Assembly (NCBI GenBank): GCA_025454395.1
Contig: JALOOM010000007.1
Span: forward strand, 3,874-67,873
DNA length: 64,000 nucleotides
Reading direction: 5' to 3'
Source: Elainella sp. Prado103
Lineage (GTDB): Bacteria > Cyanobacteriota > Cyanobacteriia > Elainellales > Elainellaceae
In this document: positions 62,291 to 64,000 of the stretch, in pieces
Numbering within the stretch: the first letter of the stretch is position 1
How the letters are laid out: each line of letters begins with the position of its first letter
Program-made: the position numbers and the translations under genes
Notes under the pieces: generated by a model
Databases searched by the model: none
Told to the model about the DNA's origin: nothing
The model's input: the letters and a program-made list of their open reading frames with translations, nothing else

Positions 62291-63199
62291 ATGAGAGAGA
62301 GTATCGATCGGCTACTGCATAACCTCGGACAGACCATGGTCGGCAAACAAGCCGCTATTCGGCTGGTCTTAGTGGCCCTCTTTTCCGGTGGCCATGCCCT
62401 ACTGGAAGATGTGCCAGGTGTGGGCAAAACCCTATTGGCGAAATCACTGGCTCGATCGATCGATGGTCAGTTTCAGCGGATTCAATGTACTCCAGACTTG
62501 TTACCGGCCGATGTCACAGGGACAAATATCTGGAATCCCCGCAGTGGTGAATTTGAATTTTTACCTGGCCCCGTCTTCACCCATGTTCTGCTGGCGGACG
62601 AAATCAACCGCGCTACCCCACGCACCCAGTCGGCTCTGTTGGAAGTAATGGAAGAACAACAGGTGACGATCGATGGAGTTTCCCGCCATGTGCCTAGCCC
62701 ATTTTTTGTGATCGCCACGCAAAACCCGGTGGAATATCAAGGTACCTTTCCCTTACCTGAAGCCCAGATGGATCGGTTTGCACTGGCGTTGAGTTTGGGG
62801 TATCCCAGCGAGGCGGAAGAATTGCAAATGTTGCAGCGGTTGCAGACGGGTATTACGATCGATTCGCTGAAACCCTGTTTAACTTTGGCCGAAATGGCAG
62901 AACTGCGACGACTATGCATGGCAGTTCGGGTGGAATCTCATTTACAGCAATATATGCTGGATTTGGTGCGAGCCACTCGTCAGCAAGAAGATGTGATTTT
63001 AGGAGTCAGTCCCCGTGGCACCGTGGCTTTGCATCGAGCTGTGCAAGCCTATGCTTTTCTTGAAGGACGTAACTATGCCATTCCGGATGATGTCAAGTTT
63101 CTAGCTCCTCCCGTGCTAGCTCATCGGCTAATTGTCTCTGGAGGGCAGAAAGCGGCGGCGGTGGTCGATCGCCTCTTGCGCTCAGTGGCTATTCCCTAA
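62291..63199 (+). CDS. moxR: MoxR-family AAA+ ATPase
   Basis: EDVPGVGKT, IQCTPDLLPADVTG, LADEINRA, ATQNP, LPEAQMDRF. Confidence 0.93.
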   Translation: MRESIDRLLHNLGQTMVGKQAAIRLVLVALFSGGHALLEDVPGVGKTLLAKSLARSIDGQFQRIQCTPDLLPADVTGTNIWNPRSGEFEFLPGPVFTHVLLADEINRATPRTQSALLEVMEEQQVTIDGVSRHVPSPFFVIATQNPVEYQGTFPLPEAQMDRFALALSLGYPSEAEELQMLQRLQTGITIDSLKPCLTLAEMAELRRLCMAVRVESHLQQYMLDLVRATRQQEDVILGVSPRGTVALHRAVQAYAFLEGRNYAIPDDVKFLAPPVLAHRLIVSGGQKAAAVVDRLLRSVAIP

Positions 63200-63224
63200 C
63201 CTGCTGCAAATTTCCGGTTTTGGG

Positions 63225-63965
63225 CTACACCTGGTTTTGGGCTACACCAATGTACATCACTGAGCAATCGTTGGAGATTTGGGCTTGCAAGCCGCCAGTT
63301 TGCCGATAGTACCGATAGGCGATCCAGTAGTCCCAGAGTGTGGTACCAAACAGGTTGAAGCCTTGTAGATCGATCGGTTGGAACCCAGCTTGTATCAACA
63401 GGTGGGTGAGTTCAGGCGGGGTGATAAACTGCTGCCAGTCGTGAATGCCTGCTGGAATCAGCCGTAGCCAATCTTCCAGGAGCCAGATCATAATCAGTTT
63501 TGACCAGAAGGTGCGATTGATCGTGTCAAAACAAAACCAGCCCTGCGGTTTAAGTACCCGTTGAATTTCCTGAATAGTTTGGGGTAGATCGGCCACATGC
63601 TCCAAGACATCGACGCAGACGACTACATCAAATTCCCCTGACTGAAATGGCAAAGCCTCCGCTGCCCCCAACTGATAGCAGATGGATTGCCCAACCGATC
63701 GGGCATGTTCCTGCGCGGCGTGAATGCACTGGCTTGCCGGATCCACACCACTGACAATCGATCCCCGCGATGCCAAAAACTCACAAGTGTAGCCACCACC
63801 GCAGCCTACATCCAGTACCCGCAGTCCTTGCCAGTTGGCAATATAACGATCGAAATAGGCAAACCGCAGGGGATTAAGATGATGTAGCGCATAGACCTGG
63901 CTATCGGGCTGCCACCATTCTGCGGCGACCCGATCGTAGAAAGTCAGATCATTGCGCTGTTTCAT
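63225..63965 (-). CDS. ubiG: UbiG-like class I SAM-dependent methyltransferase
   Basis: LHHLNPLRFAY, VLDVGCGGG, DVLEHV, FDTINRT, HDWQQFITP; GGAGG before ATG 63965. Confidence 0.8.
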   Translation of the reverse strand: MKQRNDLTFYDRVAAEWWQPDSQVYALHHLNPLRFAYFDRYIANWQGLRVLDVGCGGGYTCEFLASRGSIVSGVDPASQCIHAAQEHARSVGQSICYQLGAAEALPFQSGEFDVVVCVDVLEHVADLPQTIQEIQRVLKPQGWFCFDTINRTFWSKLIMIWLLEDWLRLIPAGIHDWQQFITPPELTHLLIQAGFQPIDLQGFNLFGTTLWDYWIAYRYYRQTGGLQAQISNDCSVMYIGVAQNQV

Positions 63966-64000
63966 CCTCCTCCCTCGCGCCAAAATCAGGCTAATTCGGA

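Overview
Chromosomal window from a cyanobacterium, shown by psbU, ndhM, ho1, opcA and strong enrichment of the HIP1 core CGATCG. A filamentous Leptolyngbya/Oculatellaceae-like lineage is my inference, not established. Most of the window is housekeeping: accC, dnaE, comEC, recJ, purM, ilvB, gltX, msrB, nadB, cobO, cysS, the fbp-tal-zwf-opcA operon, pheS, surE, ribF, tRNA-Ser(CGA) and tRNA-Leu(GAG). No intact transposase, integrase, prophage or CRISPR array is visible. Items worth a second look: (1) a four-gene signalling/proteolysis module at 39.6-46.3 kb (membrane PP2C phosphatase, CHAT-FHA protease with intact His/Cys dyad, a conserved protein resembling the HetF substrate PatU3, and an FHA-PrsW intramembrane protease); (2) a contiguous, intein-free dnaE; (3) RecJ with a large extra C-terminal domain; (4) a CGATCG-free PD-(D/E)xK nuclease fragment beside the 3' end of tRNA-Ser; (5) a structured ncRNA upstream of accC, probably 6S RNA; (6) a Zur-like box with an extremely His-rich COG0523 protein, divergent from cysS; (7) pervasive short tandem duplications. 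All family assignments come from motif recognition, without database searches.
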